This document shows positions 28,728 to 36,440 of a stretch of DNA of 59,921 nucleotides, piece after piece. Where the stretch lies: positions 1-59,921 of the IMG/VR virus record IMGVR_UViG_3300037071_000511; one strand, given 5' to 3'. Every line of letters begins with the position of its first letter. Position 1 is the stretch's first letter. A model generated the notes under the pieces. It saw only the letters and a program-made list of their open reading frames with translations. It was not told the DNA's origin and ran no database searches. The translations under genes and the position numbers were made by a program. This DNA comes from a virus (Duplodnaviria > Caudoviricetes).

Positions 28728-29182
28728 CTCTGGCGGTTCCGTACAAGCGCACGATGGCTGGGGCCAAGTGGCGGGGGCGGGAGAGCGAGCCGGTGTCGAC
28801 GCCGAAGCGCGACCGGGTGATCAAACTGGCGCAGCGGTGGAACAGGGAGAACCACCTGCGCAAGATGAAGGCCGAGATCAGCGCGCTCGACAGGAAGCTC
28901 GACGTGGCGATCGAGCGCAGCCGTTTTCCGATCGTGCCATTCACCAGTCCGAACACCATCATTCAACAGGTTGGGTTCTGGCACGGCCTGACGGTGCATG
29001 AGATTCTCAGCGACAGCCGCCTGATCCCGATCGTGGAGGCACGCTTCGATGCGATCGTCGCGGTGCGCATCAATTGCCGGATTGGGGGGAAGCGGCCGGG
29101 CCTGATGGATTTGGCCCGGCTGTTCAATCGCGATCACACGTCGATCATTTCTGCGCTTCGGCAGCGCGGATTGCGCGGCTGA
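28724..29182 (+). CDS. DnaA C-terminal-like HTH DNA-binding protein
   Basis: EILS.SR...IV.AR and LAR.FNRDHTSII signature. Confidence 0.8.
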   Translation: MTLAVPYKRTMAGAKWRGRESEPVSTPKRDRVIKLAQRWNRENHLRKMKAEISALDRKLDVAIERSRFPIVPFTSPNTIIQQVGFWHGLTVHEILSDSRLIPIVEARFDAIVAVRINCRIGGKRPGLMDLARLFNRDHTSIISALRQRGLRG

Positions 29183-29348
29183 TGCGCTGGTTCATGGCTC
29201 GCTTGAGGGTATCGTTGACACCCTGCAGCCAGCCCTTGCCGCCTAGCTCCCTGTAGAACGTCACGATTTCCGGCTCTAGCCGCAGCGTCAGGAGCTTCTT
29301 CCTCGACGGAGGCCTGCCTACCTTCTTCTTCTCTGCCATTGCGTCCAT
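29145..29348 (-). CDS. BrnA-antitoxin-like ribbon-helix-helix protein (orphan)
   Basis: GRP...K..LTLRL.PEIV.FY...GKGW...VN..L; GAGGAG RBS. Confidence 0.75.
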   Translation of the reverse strand: MDAMAEKKKVGRPPSRKKLLTLRLEPEIVTFYRELGGKGWLQGVNDTLKRAMNQRISRAIRAAEAQK

Positions 29349-29384
29349 GCGTTTTCTCCTCGCAAAATTGTACTACGTAACCCC

Positions 29385-29438
29385 CTTGCGGGTCATTTGG
29401 TTCCGTACTACATAATGGATGTAGCAACGGAGATCAAG
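29385..29438. promoter_or_regulatory. Overlapping face-to-face sigma70 promoters with GTAGTAC boxes
   Basis: Plus CTTGCG(29385)-N17-CTACAT; minus CTTGAT(29438)-N17-TTATGT; boxes at 29370-29376 and 29405-29411. Confidence 0.65.
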
Positions 29439-29440
29439 AC

Positions 29441-29836
29441 ATGACCACCAACTTTGACACCAACATCGCCCGCGCCAAGGCGAAGGGCTGGAAGGAAGGA
29501 GTCAGGCGCATGCGCATGGAAAAGCGCATGGCCAGCGGGCTGGTCAAGGCCTGCCTCGCCCGGGGCTACCGGATCACCGTGAACAACGGCGAGGACGTCC
29601 CGATCCGTAAGAGCAAGAGCTACCGGGCCGTCATGGACGCCCTGTGGCAGACCGACGAGGAACATCTCTACATCTACGACGACGCCGACACGCGGCAGGG
29701 GTGGTTCTTCTTGGTCTTCGGCAACGACGGCTGGGATTTGGTCGCTGACTACAGCGACAACGACGCCTGCAACGAGGTCTGGAAGACGGTGCTGAGCCCC
29801 TTGAGCGACAAGCTCTGCATGGAGGCAGTCGGATGA
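29441..29836 (+). CDS. Early hypothetical protein
   Basis: First gene after promoter; GGAG RBS. Confidence 0.7.
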   Translation: MTTNFDTNIARAKAKGWKEGVRRMRMEKRMASGLVKACLARGYRITVNNGEDVPIRKSKSYRAVMDALWQTDEEHLYIYDDADTRQGWFFLVFGNDGWDLVADYSDNDACNEVWKTVLSPLSDKLCMEAVG

Positions 29837-30021
29837 CCCGGGACGAATGGGAACACTTCTGCAACTGGCAGTACGACACCAACCAGTCGCTGGCCTGCTT
29901 TCTCAGTGGCACCCAGCCAGACGTCGGCCATTGGTACGAGCCGTCATGGCTGTGGCTCGGCCCGGTGCTCTTCGTAGCGCTCGGCATGTTCCTCGACTGG
30001 AAAAACGACCGGGCCAAATAA
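29833..30021 (+). CDS. Small membrane protein
   Basis: C-terminal TM segment; GGAGG RBS. Confidence 0.55.
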   Translation: MTRDEWEHFCNWQYDTNQSLACFLSGTQPDVGHWYEPSWLWLGPVLFVALGMFLDWKNDRAK

Positions 30022-30037
30022 ATTGTGGTACACCACT

Positions 30038-30066
30038 CTTGCGTTTCGTAGTACAGCAGCCTATGT
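30038..30066 (+). promoter_or_regulatory. sigma70 promoter with operator box
   Basis: CTTGCG-N17-CTATGT with TTCGTAGTAC in the spacer. Confidence 0.75.
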
Positions 30067-30089
30067 AAGAGGGGAAAGGAGTTCCCCGA

Positions 30090-30248
30090 ATGAGATTCAC
30101 CGAATGGATGGCCAAGGTCGACGCGATCTTGATGCGCAAGTGCGGCCTCGACAGCCGCGACCTCGCTGACTGGATGTACGTCGACGCATTCGAAGACGGG
30201 TACACGCCAGCCGCCGCCGCACGAGAAGCCCTTCAGGAACAGGAGTAG
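30090..30248 (+). CDS. Small early protein (52 aa, not in ORF track)
   Basis: AAGGAG RBS; MRFTEWMAKVDAILMRKCGLDSRDLADWMYVDAFEDGYTPAAAAREALQEQE. Confidence 0.7.
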   Translation: MRFTEWMAKVDAILMRKCGLDSRDLADWMYVDAFEDGYTPAAAAREALQEQE

Positions 30249-30252
30249 CCCC

Positions 30253-30501
30253 ATGACCAAATTCCAACTCGTCACCAACAAGGCCACCAAGGCCGAGGTC
30301 TTCGACCACGCGGTCGTCGCCTTCGCCGAGCGCGGCTTCGTTCTCGCTGCCTACATGGACAACCCCCGGGTGCGCACCGAGCTTCAGGGCCAACCCAAGT
30401 TCGAAGGGCTCTACGGCCCCATGTGGGGCGGATGGGACGACGATGGGCAGGCGGTGATCCGCTACGAGGATCACGGCAGCTACGACTTCCTGAGCACGTA
30501 G
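30253..30501 (+). CDS. Early hypothetical protein
   Basis: AGGAG RBS, high GC3. Confidence 0.7.
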   Translation: MTKFQLVTNKATKAEVFDHAVVAFAERGFVLAAYMDNPRVRTELQGQPKFEGLYGPMWGGWDDDGQAVIRYEDHGSYDFLST

Positions 30502-30552
30502 TTCGGTTTCCGGCCTCCGGGCCGGTTTCCCAACCACATGAAGGAGATGTCC

Positions 30553-30792
30553 ATGAAGAAGAAGCTCGACTATCGCGAGTACCCCAAGCCCAGCGGCTAC
30601 CGCAGCGGGTGCAAGGTGTCTTGGTACTACTACCACGACCGCGCCAACGCCGATAAGGCCGCCGCAGCCGCCAAGCACAACGCCGTCATTCAGGCCGGGC
30701 TGGGCTTCGACTTCGGCTATCAGGCTCCCGGCTCGATCCACAAGGCCGAGGGTGGCGACAACGCTGGCATGTGGGAGGTGTGCATCCCGTGA
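30553..30792 (+). CDS. Early hypothetical protein
   Basis: AAGGAG RBS before MKKKLDY. Confidence 0.7.
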   Translation: MKKKLDYREYPKPSGYRSGCKVSWYYYHDRANADKAAAAAKHNAVIQAGLGFDFGYQAPGSIHKAEGGDNAGMWEVCIP

Positions 30793-30989
30793 CCTTCCAC
30801 GAATACAAGAATGGCATGACCGTGATGGAGGGTGGCCGCAGCATTGCGGTCGCCCGCGATCGCAGCCCCAACGGCTGGCTGCTGACCCACTACACCGGCT
30901 GCTGGGTGCCGCGCCGCAGGTTCACCAACCTGCTCCGGGTCAAGACCCGCGCCGAGGCCCGCACCATCCTGCAGCAATTAATTTTGTAG
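30789..30989 (+). CDS. Early hypothetical protein
   Basis: GTGA coupling, GGAGG RBS. Confidence 0.55.
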   Translation: MTFHEYKNGMTVMEGGRSIAVARDRSPNGWLLTHYTGCWVPRRRFTNLLRVKTRAEARTILQQLIL

Positions 30990-30998
30990 CACGGGCCC

Positions 30999-31027
30999 CT
31001 TGACTTTCGTAGTACAGACGCCTAAGT
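30999..31027 (+). promoter_or_regulatory. sigma70 promoter with operator boxes
   Basis: CTTGAC-N17-CTAAGT; TTTGTAGCAC upstream and TTCGTAGTAC in the spacer. Confidence 0.75.
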
Positions 31028-31050
31028 CAAGGGGGAAAGGAGTTCCCATC

Positions 31051-31308
31051 ATGCGTAAGGAATACAACGGCCACCCTAGCTGGAACTGCTGGAACGTGGC
31101 GCTCTGGATCGGCAACGACGAATTTCTCTACCGTGCCGCCGTCGAGGCGCTGAACAGCACCCACACCCCGAGGCACGCGACCAACGTGTTCTTCGGCCTG
31201 ACCGGCATGAAGTACGAGAAGACCCCGGACGGTGGCGAGTTCAACCCCACCGCTGTCGAGCGGGCTCTGGTCGGGCTGGAGATCGTCCAGCCCAAGAGGG
31301 GGTACTGA
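31051..31308 (+). CDS. Early hypothetical protein
   Basis: YNG...W..WNV.LWI.NDE.LY motif; AAGGAG RBS. Confidence 0.7.
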   Translation: MRKEYNGHPSWNCWNVALWIGNDEFLYRAAVEALNSTHTPRHATNVFFGLTGMKYEKTPDGGEFNPTAVERALVGLEIVQPKRGY

Positions 31309-31309
31309 C

Positions 31310-31495
31310 ATGGCCATGCGGATCGAGTTCGACACCGACAACGCCGCCTTCGAAGACAACCCGATCGGCGAGATCAAGGCGATCCTCGCCCGGGTCGCGC
31401 AACTGGTCGCCAACGGGGGCGATGAGGCCACCGTCTACGACACCAACGGAAACCGCGTTGGCTTCTGGACCCTGAACAAGGGGGAATGGAAATGA
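31310..31495 (+). CDS. Early hypothetical protein
   Basis: TDNAAF...D.NGN.VG motif common in phage early genes. Confidence 0.7.
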   Translation: MAMRIEFDTDNAAFEDNPIGEIKAILARVAQLVANGGDEATVYDTNGNRVGFWTLNKGEWK

Positions 31496-31686
31496 CCGAC
31501 ATCAAGATCGTCCACAACAAGCTGCTTGGCGGCTGGTTCATCGTGCGAGGCCCGCACCAGACCCCGCTCGGCGGGCGCTTCGACACCAAGGCCGCCGCCC
31601 TCGCCCACCTGAACAGGAACCGCGAGACAGCGCGTACCACCCGGTTCAACCCGGTGGTCTGGGCCCAGAACAACAGGGGAGAATGA
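31492..31686 (+). CDS. Early hypothetical protein
   Basis: ATGA coupling. Confidence 0.6.
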   Translation: MTDIKIVHNKLLGGWFIVRGPHQTPLGGRFDTKAAALAHLNRNRETARTTRFNPVVWAQNNRGE

Positions 31687-31976
31687 CCATGAACACCATC
31701 CGCTTCAACACCGGCCGCAAGTACACCGCCGCAGGCCAGCGCATCGTCGCCACCTACCGCCCGCACAACGAGGCGGAAGATGAGGGCGGCACGGTCACCT
31801 TCTTCGACCACGACCGCATGGTCGACGGTGAGTTCGATATCTCCAGCGAGATGCTCTTCAACCAGCGCACCGTCATGGACGCCTACGACCTCTACAACGC
31901 CCCCAGCACCAAGCGCTCTTGGCAGGACGGCCTGCAGCGCGGGGGATGCAACACCGATCTAGGAGGACTGAAATGA
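31683..31976 (+). CDS. Early hypothetical protein
   Basis: ATGA coupling, high GC3. Confidence 0.65.
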   Translation: MTMNTIRFNTGRKYTAAGQRIVATYRPHNEAEDEGGTVTFFDHDRMVDGEFDISSEMLFNQRTVMDAYDLYNAPSTKRSWQDGLQRGGCNTDLGGLK

Positions 31977-32521
31977 CCTACACCACCTACGACACCGTCC
32001 CGGCCTACGAGGCCCCGGTCTGGCACGTTGACGAGCAGGGCCGCCACAACGGACTCGACAACAGGGACAACACCAAGTGGAGCGGCAAGGAGCCGCCGCC
32101 GCCGATCGGCACCGAGGTCGTCGTCACCATGTGGAACCCCACCGGGCTAGGCGTGGTCACCGGCTACTTCACCGAGGGCGGCTGGCTGGGCTTGCTGGTC
32201 AGCATGTACACGGCCCCCGAGTGGTTCACGAAGCGCAACCCGCACAACATGAAGGCCCACGTCTTCGGCCCCGAGTGGCGCAGAGCCATCACGGAAGGCA
32301 CCCTCAACGAGATCGATATCGCAGCGCTCACCAGCTACGCCGCCGAGCACGGCCGCAAGTGGAAGGAGGCGCTGCGGGAAGACTGGATGAAGGCCCGCGC
32401 CGAGCCCGGCCGCTACTGGGCCGATCGCGGCCGTGTCCTGCACCGCCTGCGCAACAACCCGGACTTCGGCCCCCGCGGGCTTGAGAAGTTCCGGCTCAAT
32501 CAGGAAAGGAAGATCGCATGA
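31973..32521 (+). CDS. Early hypothetical two-domain protein
   Basis: AGGAGG RBS; C-terminal HGR.WK..L...W domain. Confidence 0.65.
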   Translation: MTYTTYDTVPAYEAPVWHVDEQGRHNGLDNRDNTKWSGKEPPPPIGTEVVVTMWNPTGLGVVTGYFTEGGWLGLLVSMYTAPEWFTKRNPHNMKAHVFGPEWRRAITEGTLNEIDIAALTSYAAEHGRKWKEALREDWMKARAEPGRYWADRGRVLHRLRNNPDFGPRGLEKFRLNQERKIA

Positions 32522-32814
32522 GCTACAAGACATTCCGCCGCGATCGGCTGCGCAAGCTGATCGAGCAGGGCAGAGTCGAGGCGGTGAACACCTACCACTT
32601 CGATGACATGCACGGCACCGCCACCAGCACCGAGGTTCGCCCGGTGGCGATCGGCAGCATGGACTGGAACACCCGTAAGGCAGGCGTCTGCTACCTCTTC
32701 GACCACGACTTCACCGCCAAGTCTGGCGCGTGCTGGCAGAACGACAACGGCACCGTCACCTTGGTTGTCCACTCCAACAGCAACTACACCCTCAGAATAA
32801 AGGAACCATCATGA
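32518..32814 (+). CDS. Early hypothetical protein
   Basis: ATGA coupling. Confidence 0.65.
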   Translation: MSYKTFRRDRLRKLIEQGRVEAVNTYHFDDMHGTATSTEVRPVAIGSMDWNTRKAGVCYLFDHDFTAKSGACWQNDNGTVTLVVHSNSNYTLRIKEPS

Positions 32815-33083
32815 ACGCCCTCAGACGCAAGGAACTGGCCCTCTTGTACGGCCAGTTGGTCGACCTCAAGGGCAAGGTCGAGGACATCCGCGACCAGATC
32901 GACAGCTTGAAGGATGAGGAGCAGGAATCCTACGACAACCTGCCCGAGGGATTCCAGAACGGCGAGCGCGGCAGCGCCATCGAGCGGGCGGTCGACCAGT
33001 TGCAGACCACCTACGACGAACTCGACACGGCCGTCACCGCAATGGACGACGCCCTGTCCAGCTTGGATGAGGCCAGCCAGTGA
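32811..33083 (+). CDS. Acidic helical early protein
   Basis: MN..RRK...EEQE.YDNLPE..Q..ERG motif. Confidence 0.7.
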   Translation: MNALRRKELALLYGQLVDLKGKVEDIRDQIDSLKDEEQESYDNLPEGFQNGERGSAIERAVDQLQTTYDELDTAVTAMDDALSSLDEASQ

Positions 33084-33271
33084 GCGCCCGCGACGTCAAG
33101 GAATGGTTCCAGATGATCCAGACGATGGATGACAAGAAGCTTGCCCAGCACCTGCTGGGCGATCTCCGCGCCTACCGCAATCACAGCCAATGGGAAGGCC
33201 AAGACATCGAACAGGTGCTCGCCATCTTCACCGCGATCCGGCTCGACCAGATGACCAAGGAAAATTCGTAG
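33080..33271 (+). CDS. Early hypothetical protein
   Basis: GTGA coupling. Confidence 0.55.
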   Translation: MSARDVKEWFQMIQTMDDKKLAQHLLGDLRAYRNHSQWEGQDIEQVLAIFTAIRLDQMTKENS

Positions 33272-33280
33272 TACGCCCCT

Positions 33281-33309
33281 CTTGCATTACGTAGTACGAT
33301 GCTCCATAT
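33281..33309 (+). promoter_or_regulatory. sigma70 promoter with two operator boxes
   Basis: CTTGCA-N17-CCATAT; TTCGTAGTACG upstream and TACGTAGTACG in the spacer. Confidence 0.75.
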
Positions 33310-33331
33310 TCGGGATAGGAAAGGAGCCCCA

Positions 33332-33544
33332 ATGACCAACCTCGAACTGATCCGCGAACTGGCGAAGCCCGGCAAGGTCTACATGCCGGTCGTCACCGCC
33401 GACGACATCGTCCACCTCGCGATCGAGAAGGCCTATCTGATCGGCCTCCTGAAAGACCAACCCCCCAACGACGAGGCTTGGTGGCGCTTCTACGGCACCG
33501 ATCGCAACATCGCCACCGAGCGCTGGCTCGACGTCAACAAATGA
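33332..33544 (+). CDS. Early hypothetical protein
   Basis: AAGGAG RBS. Confidence 0.65.
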   Translation: MTNLELIRELAKPGKVYMPVVTADDIVHLAIEKAYLIGLLKDQPPNDEAWWRFYGTDRNIATERWLDVNK

Positions 33545-33558
33545 AAGGAGAACTCAAC

Positions 33559-33798
33559 ATGGCCCGATTCAAGAAGGGCGACACCGTCTTCTATTTCGCG
33601 CAGGGCAACCCGCGCTGGCCCGTCCGCGCCCGGGTGGACAAGGTTCACCGCGACGGCACCTACACCGTCACCGCGCTCTGGAACGTCGACCGGGCGACCG
33701 GGCAGGACACCGTCGACATGGGCCACCTTGGCTACGTCTACCGCATGCACGGCGGCTTGCTGATGGACCGGGTGGGCAGGGACAGGAGGACAGCATGA
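33559..33798 (+). CDS. Early hypothetical SH3-like protein
   Basis: FKKGD.V start; AAGGAG RBS. Confidence 0.6.
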   Translation: MARFKKGDTVFYFAQGNPRWPVRARVDKVHRDGTYTVTALWNVDRATGQDTVDMGHLGYVYRMHGGLLMDRVGRDRRTA

Positions 33799-34073
33799 CC
33801 AAGATCATCCCGCACCCCGCCCTACGCTACGTCACCCCTGACACGGTGGCCGAATGCTGGGACGGCGTCGAAGACAACCTCTACGAGGCGCTCTGGAACT
33901 GCGTCGGCAAGTACGACAACGCATGGCGCGCCAACATCGAGGACATCGGCCCGCACGACGTCATCGGCATCAACGCCATCACGGAGTTCTGGGCCGAGTT
34001 CACCCCCGAGCAGCAGATCAAGCTGAACGCGGTCGCTGCCGATCAGCAGGCCATGCGGGAGGAGTTGAGATGA
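33795..34073 (+). CDS. Early hypothetical protein
   Basis: AGGAGG RBS. Confidence 0.65.
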   Translation: MTKIIPHPALRYVTPDTVAECWDGVEDNLYEALWNCVGKYDNAWRANIEDIGPHDVIGINAITEFWAEFTPEQQIKLNAVAADQQAMREELR

Positions 34074-34267
34074 CCGACACCCTGCGGGTTCAGATCCCCG
34101 TCTATGAAGATCGTTGGATGATGGGCGATCGCTACGGCACCGTCGTCAAGACCACACGACGCGTGCGTCTGCACACCAATGGCCAGATCGAAGAGATCGC
34201 CCACGTCCTGCTCGACAAGAGCAACAAGGTCGTTCGCGTCATCCTCGCCGACTGCGAGGTGATTTAG
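34070..34267 (+). CDS. Early hypothetical protein
   Basis: GGAGGAG RBS, ATGA coupling. Confidence 0.6.
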   Translation: MTDTLRVQIPVYEDRWMMGDRYGTVVKTTRRVRLHTNGQIEEIAHVLLDKSNKVVRVILADCEVI

Positions 34268-34540
34268 ATGATCATCAAGCCCGTCACCATCACCGTCAGC
34301 GAACACCACCTGAAGGCCGCGATGAATGCGCTGTCCTACAGGCTCACCAAGATGCAGCCCAACACCCCGGGCTACCGGAACGCCGACTACGCATTGGATG
34401 CGTTCTACGAGGCCTTCGTTGCCGCCCTGAAAGCCAAGGAAAAGGCGGCGACCGCCGAGTACGACAAGTACGCGAAGGAGCGCGCGATCCAAGCCTACCT
34501 CGACACCGAGCAACTCAAGAAGCAGGAGAAAGCGACATGA
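34268..34540 (+). CDS. Early hypothetical protein
   Basis: GAGG RBS. Confidence 0.6.
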   Translation: MIIKPVTITVSEHHLKAAMNALSYRLTKMQPNTPGYRNADYALDAFYEAFVAALKAKEKAATAEYDKYAKERAIQAYLDTEQLKKQEKAT

Positions 34541-34848
34541 CCGACAAGATCAACACCATCGTCAAGATCATCGAACGCGCGGAGCCGATCGCCCGCAGGC
34601 ACCACATCCACCTCGATCGGCTGACCTCGATCATGGATGTCGAGAACGCCAACGACCAGTACCCGCTCGACCTCGATGCGTGGCTGGCCGCGGACGACTC
34701 GAACTTCGTCCACGACTTCTTCGGCATCCGGGCCAACATCAACCGCGAGACTGGCGTGCTCGACAACTGCTTCGTGCCGCGCTTCTACAGGCAGGTGGAG
34801 CCCGTCGATGACGGCGGCATGGCTGAAGAGCGGGAGCGCCACCCATGA
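34537..34848 (+). CDS. Conserved phage hypothetical protein (DUF6874-like)
   Basis: MD......PLDL...L.ADD.NF.HD..GI....NR.TG.L..CF.PRF. Confidence 0.7.
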   Translation: MTDKINTIVKIIERAEPIARRHHIHLDRLTSIMDVENANDQYPLDLDAWLAADDSNFVHDFFGIRANINRETGVLDNCFVPRFYRQVEPVDDGGMAEERERHP

Positions 34849-35156
34849 TGACCTACATCAGCCTCGATCCCCGCTTCGACATGGAGCAGCTAGGCTACCT
34901 GCCGAGCTTCCTCGATGAGGATGATCCGCGATCAGCCGCAGAGCAGTACGACGCCAACTACGTCAGTGGCTGGCGACCGCTCGATGGGTGGGTGCTGACT
35001 GATCCCGCGACGATGGGCATCACCTACCCCGGCGACCCGACGCTGTTCCCGTTCGCCATGACCAACCTGCGCGACGAGTCGATCCTCTTCTATCGCTACG
35101 CGCAGGTGCTGATCCTGCAGAAGGACGGCTCGTTCGAAGTCTGCCGGATGGATTGA
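34845..35156 (+). CDS. Early hypothetical protein
   Basis: High GC3, coupled. Confidence 0.65.
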   Translation: MMTYISLDPRFDMEQLGYLPSFLDEDDPRSAAEQYDANYVSGWRPLDGWVLTDPATMGITYPGDPTLFPFAMTNLRDESILFYRYAQVLILQKDGSFEVCRMD

Positions 35157-35181
35157 ATGAAACAGAGACAGGAGGAATGAC

Positions 35182-35523
35182 ATGATGATGTTGAGATCAG
35201 CCAAGGGCGATCGCACGCAGCACTACGAGAACCTGAACGCCTACACCCGCAACGGGTTTCCCGCCCGCTGGATGTTGGGCAAGTACTGGCAGATCGATGA
35301 GGCGATTTTCTGGGAGTTCCTAGAGATGCTGCCGCCAGAAACCTGTGAGAACGGGTTCCGCATGATCGAGCGTCTGACCGGCGACATCGCCGCCACCTAC
35401 CTCAAGATCGATGACGACTACTGGTGCGCCATGACCGATCTCACCACGACCCGGCCCGACAAGATGGTCCGGGCGATCCGCAAGCGCGGGATCGGGACGA
35501 GGCGCTGGCTCGCGAGGACATAA
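35182..35523 (+). CDS. DUF1419-like hypothetical protein
   Basis: W.IDE..FW..LE.LPP...F...E motif. Confidence 0.55.
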   Translation: MMMLRSAKGDRTQHYENLNAYTRNGFPARWMLGKYWQIDEAIFWEFLEMLPPETCENGFRMIERLTGDIAATYLKIDDDYWCAMTDLTTTRPDKMVRAIRKRGIGTRRWLART

Positions 35524-36338
35524 TGATTGCGCATCAGCGCCGCATTCGCGAGGCGATGGCCGAGACACACCCGCGTGAGTCTGCCCTCTCTCTGGCAGGC
35601 TATTCGGTCGAGACGATCAGCCGCGCCGACGCCACGCCGATCATCATGCATTACGAGTGGCTGCACACACTCGGGCAATCGACCCTGTTTGTCGGGCTCC
35701 TCTCCCCGTCTAGGGAGATCGAGGGCGTGGCTTGTTTCGGCTGGGGACCGACCGGTCCCATCCGGCAACTGATCGGATCGCCAGCCTTCTGTCTGGAGCG
35801 CGGAGCCTGCGTGCATTACGCACCGCCGAATGCCGCATCGTTCCTGATCACCGCCGCCTGCAAGCTGATCTACCGGGTGAGGGGCGTGGCGCGATTCTTC
35901 GCCTATGCTGATCCGATGGCAGGCGAGTACGGCGCGGTCTATCAGGCGGCGAACTGGCTCTATCTCGGGCAGGGTCTTAACGGTGGCAAAGGCCGCGAGC
36001 AGCGGCTGTTCGTGCTGCCACCCGGCAAGGACGCCAACGAACCATCGCACTGGCAGACGACGCGCATCCTGCGACGGCAGAAGCCCAAGCTATACCTGAC
36101 GACATGCGAGGCTGCGGGCTGGCGGGTTGCCAAGCGCGAGGCCAAGCACGTCTATGCGCTCAACGTCGGGCGCGATCGCAATGGCTGGAAGAAGGAGCTT
36201 CGCGCCAAGCAGGGCGATCGTCCCTATCCAGCACCGCGACCGGAGCTAAAGCGCAAGTCCAGCACGGCCGTGAAGTTTCGAATTGAGCCGCCGATCAAGC
36301 CGCAGTCGGAACTTTTCGAAGCAAGTCTTTCGAAATAG
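35523..36338 (+). CDS. Mom-family (GNAT-fold) DNA modification protein
   Basis: GVACFG, L.R......P.NAASFLI and YAD...G..G.VYQAANW.Y.G signature of Mu Mom homologues. Confidence 0.75.
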   Translation: MIAHQRRIREAMAETHPRESALSLAGYSVETISRADATPIIMHYEWLHTLGQSTLFVGLLSPSREIEGVACFGWGPTGPIRQLIGSPAFCLERGACVHYAPPNAASFLITAACKLIYRVRGVARFFAYADPMAGEYGAVYQAANWLYLGQGLNGGKGREQRLFVLPPGKDANEPSHWQTTRILRRQKPKLYLTTCEAAGWRVAKREAKHVYALNVGRDRNGWKKELRAKQGDRPYPAPRPELKRKSSTAVKFRIEPPIKPQSELFEASLSK

Positions 36339-36341
36339 ACG

Positions 36342-36372
36342 ATTGACAACTCTGGAATTTCGTAGTTTTAAA
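36342..36372 (+). promoter_or_regulatory. Probable promoter for the DndB-like gene
   Basis: TTGACA, then TTTCGTAGT box and AT-rich -10 region; spacing imperfect. Confidence 0.5.
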
Positions 36373-36440
36373 TGATGACGCCGCCCATCCGGCCAAGGAT
36401 TGAGGGCGGCGCTTTTAACGGTCAGCAAGAGGAGAATCTC

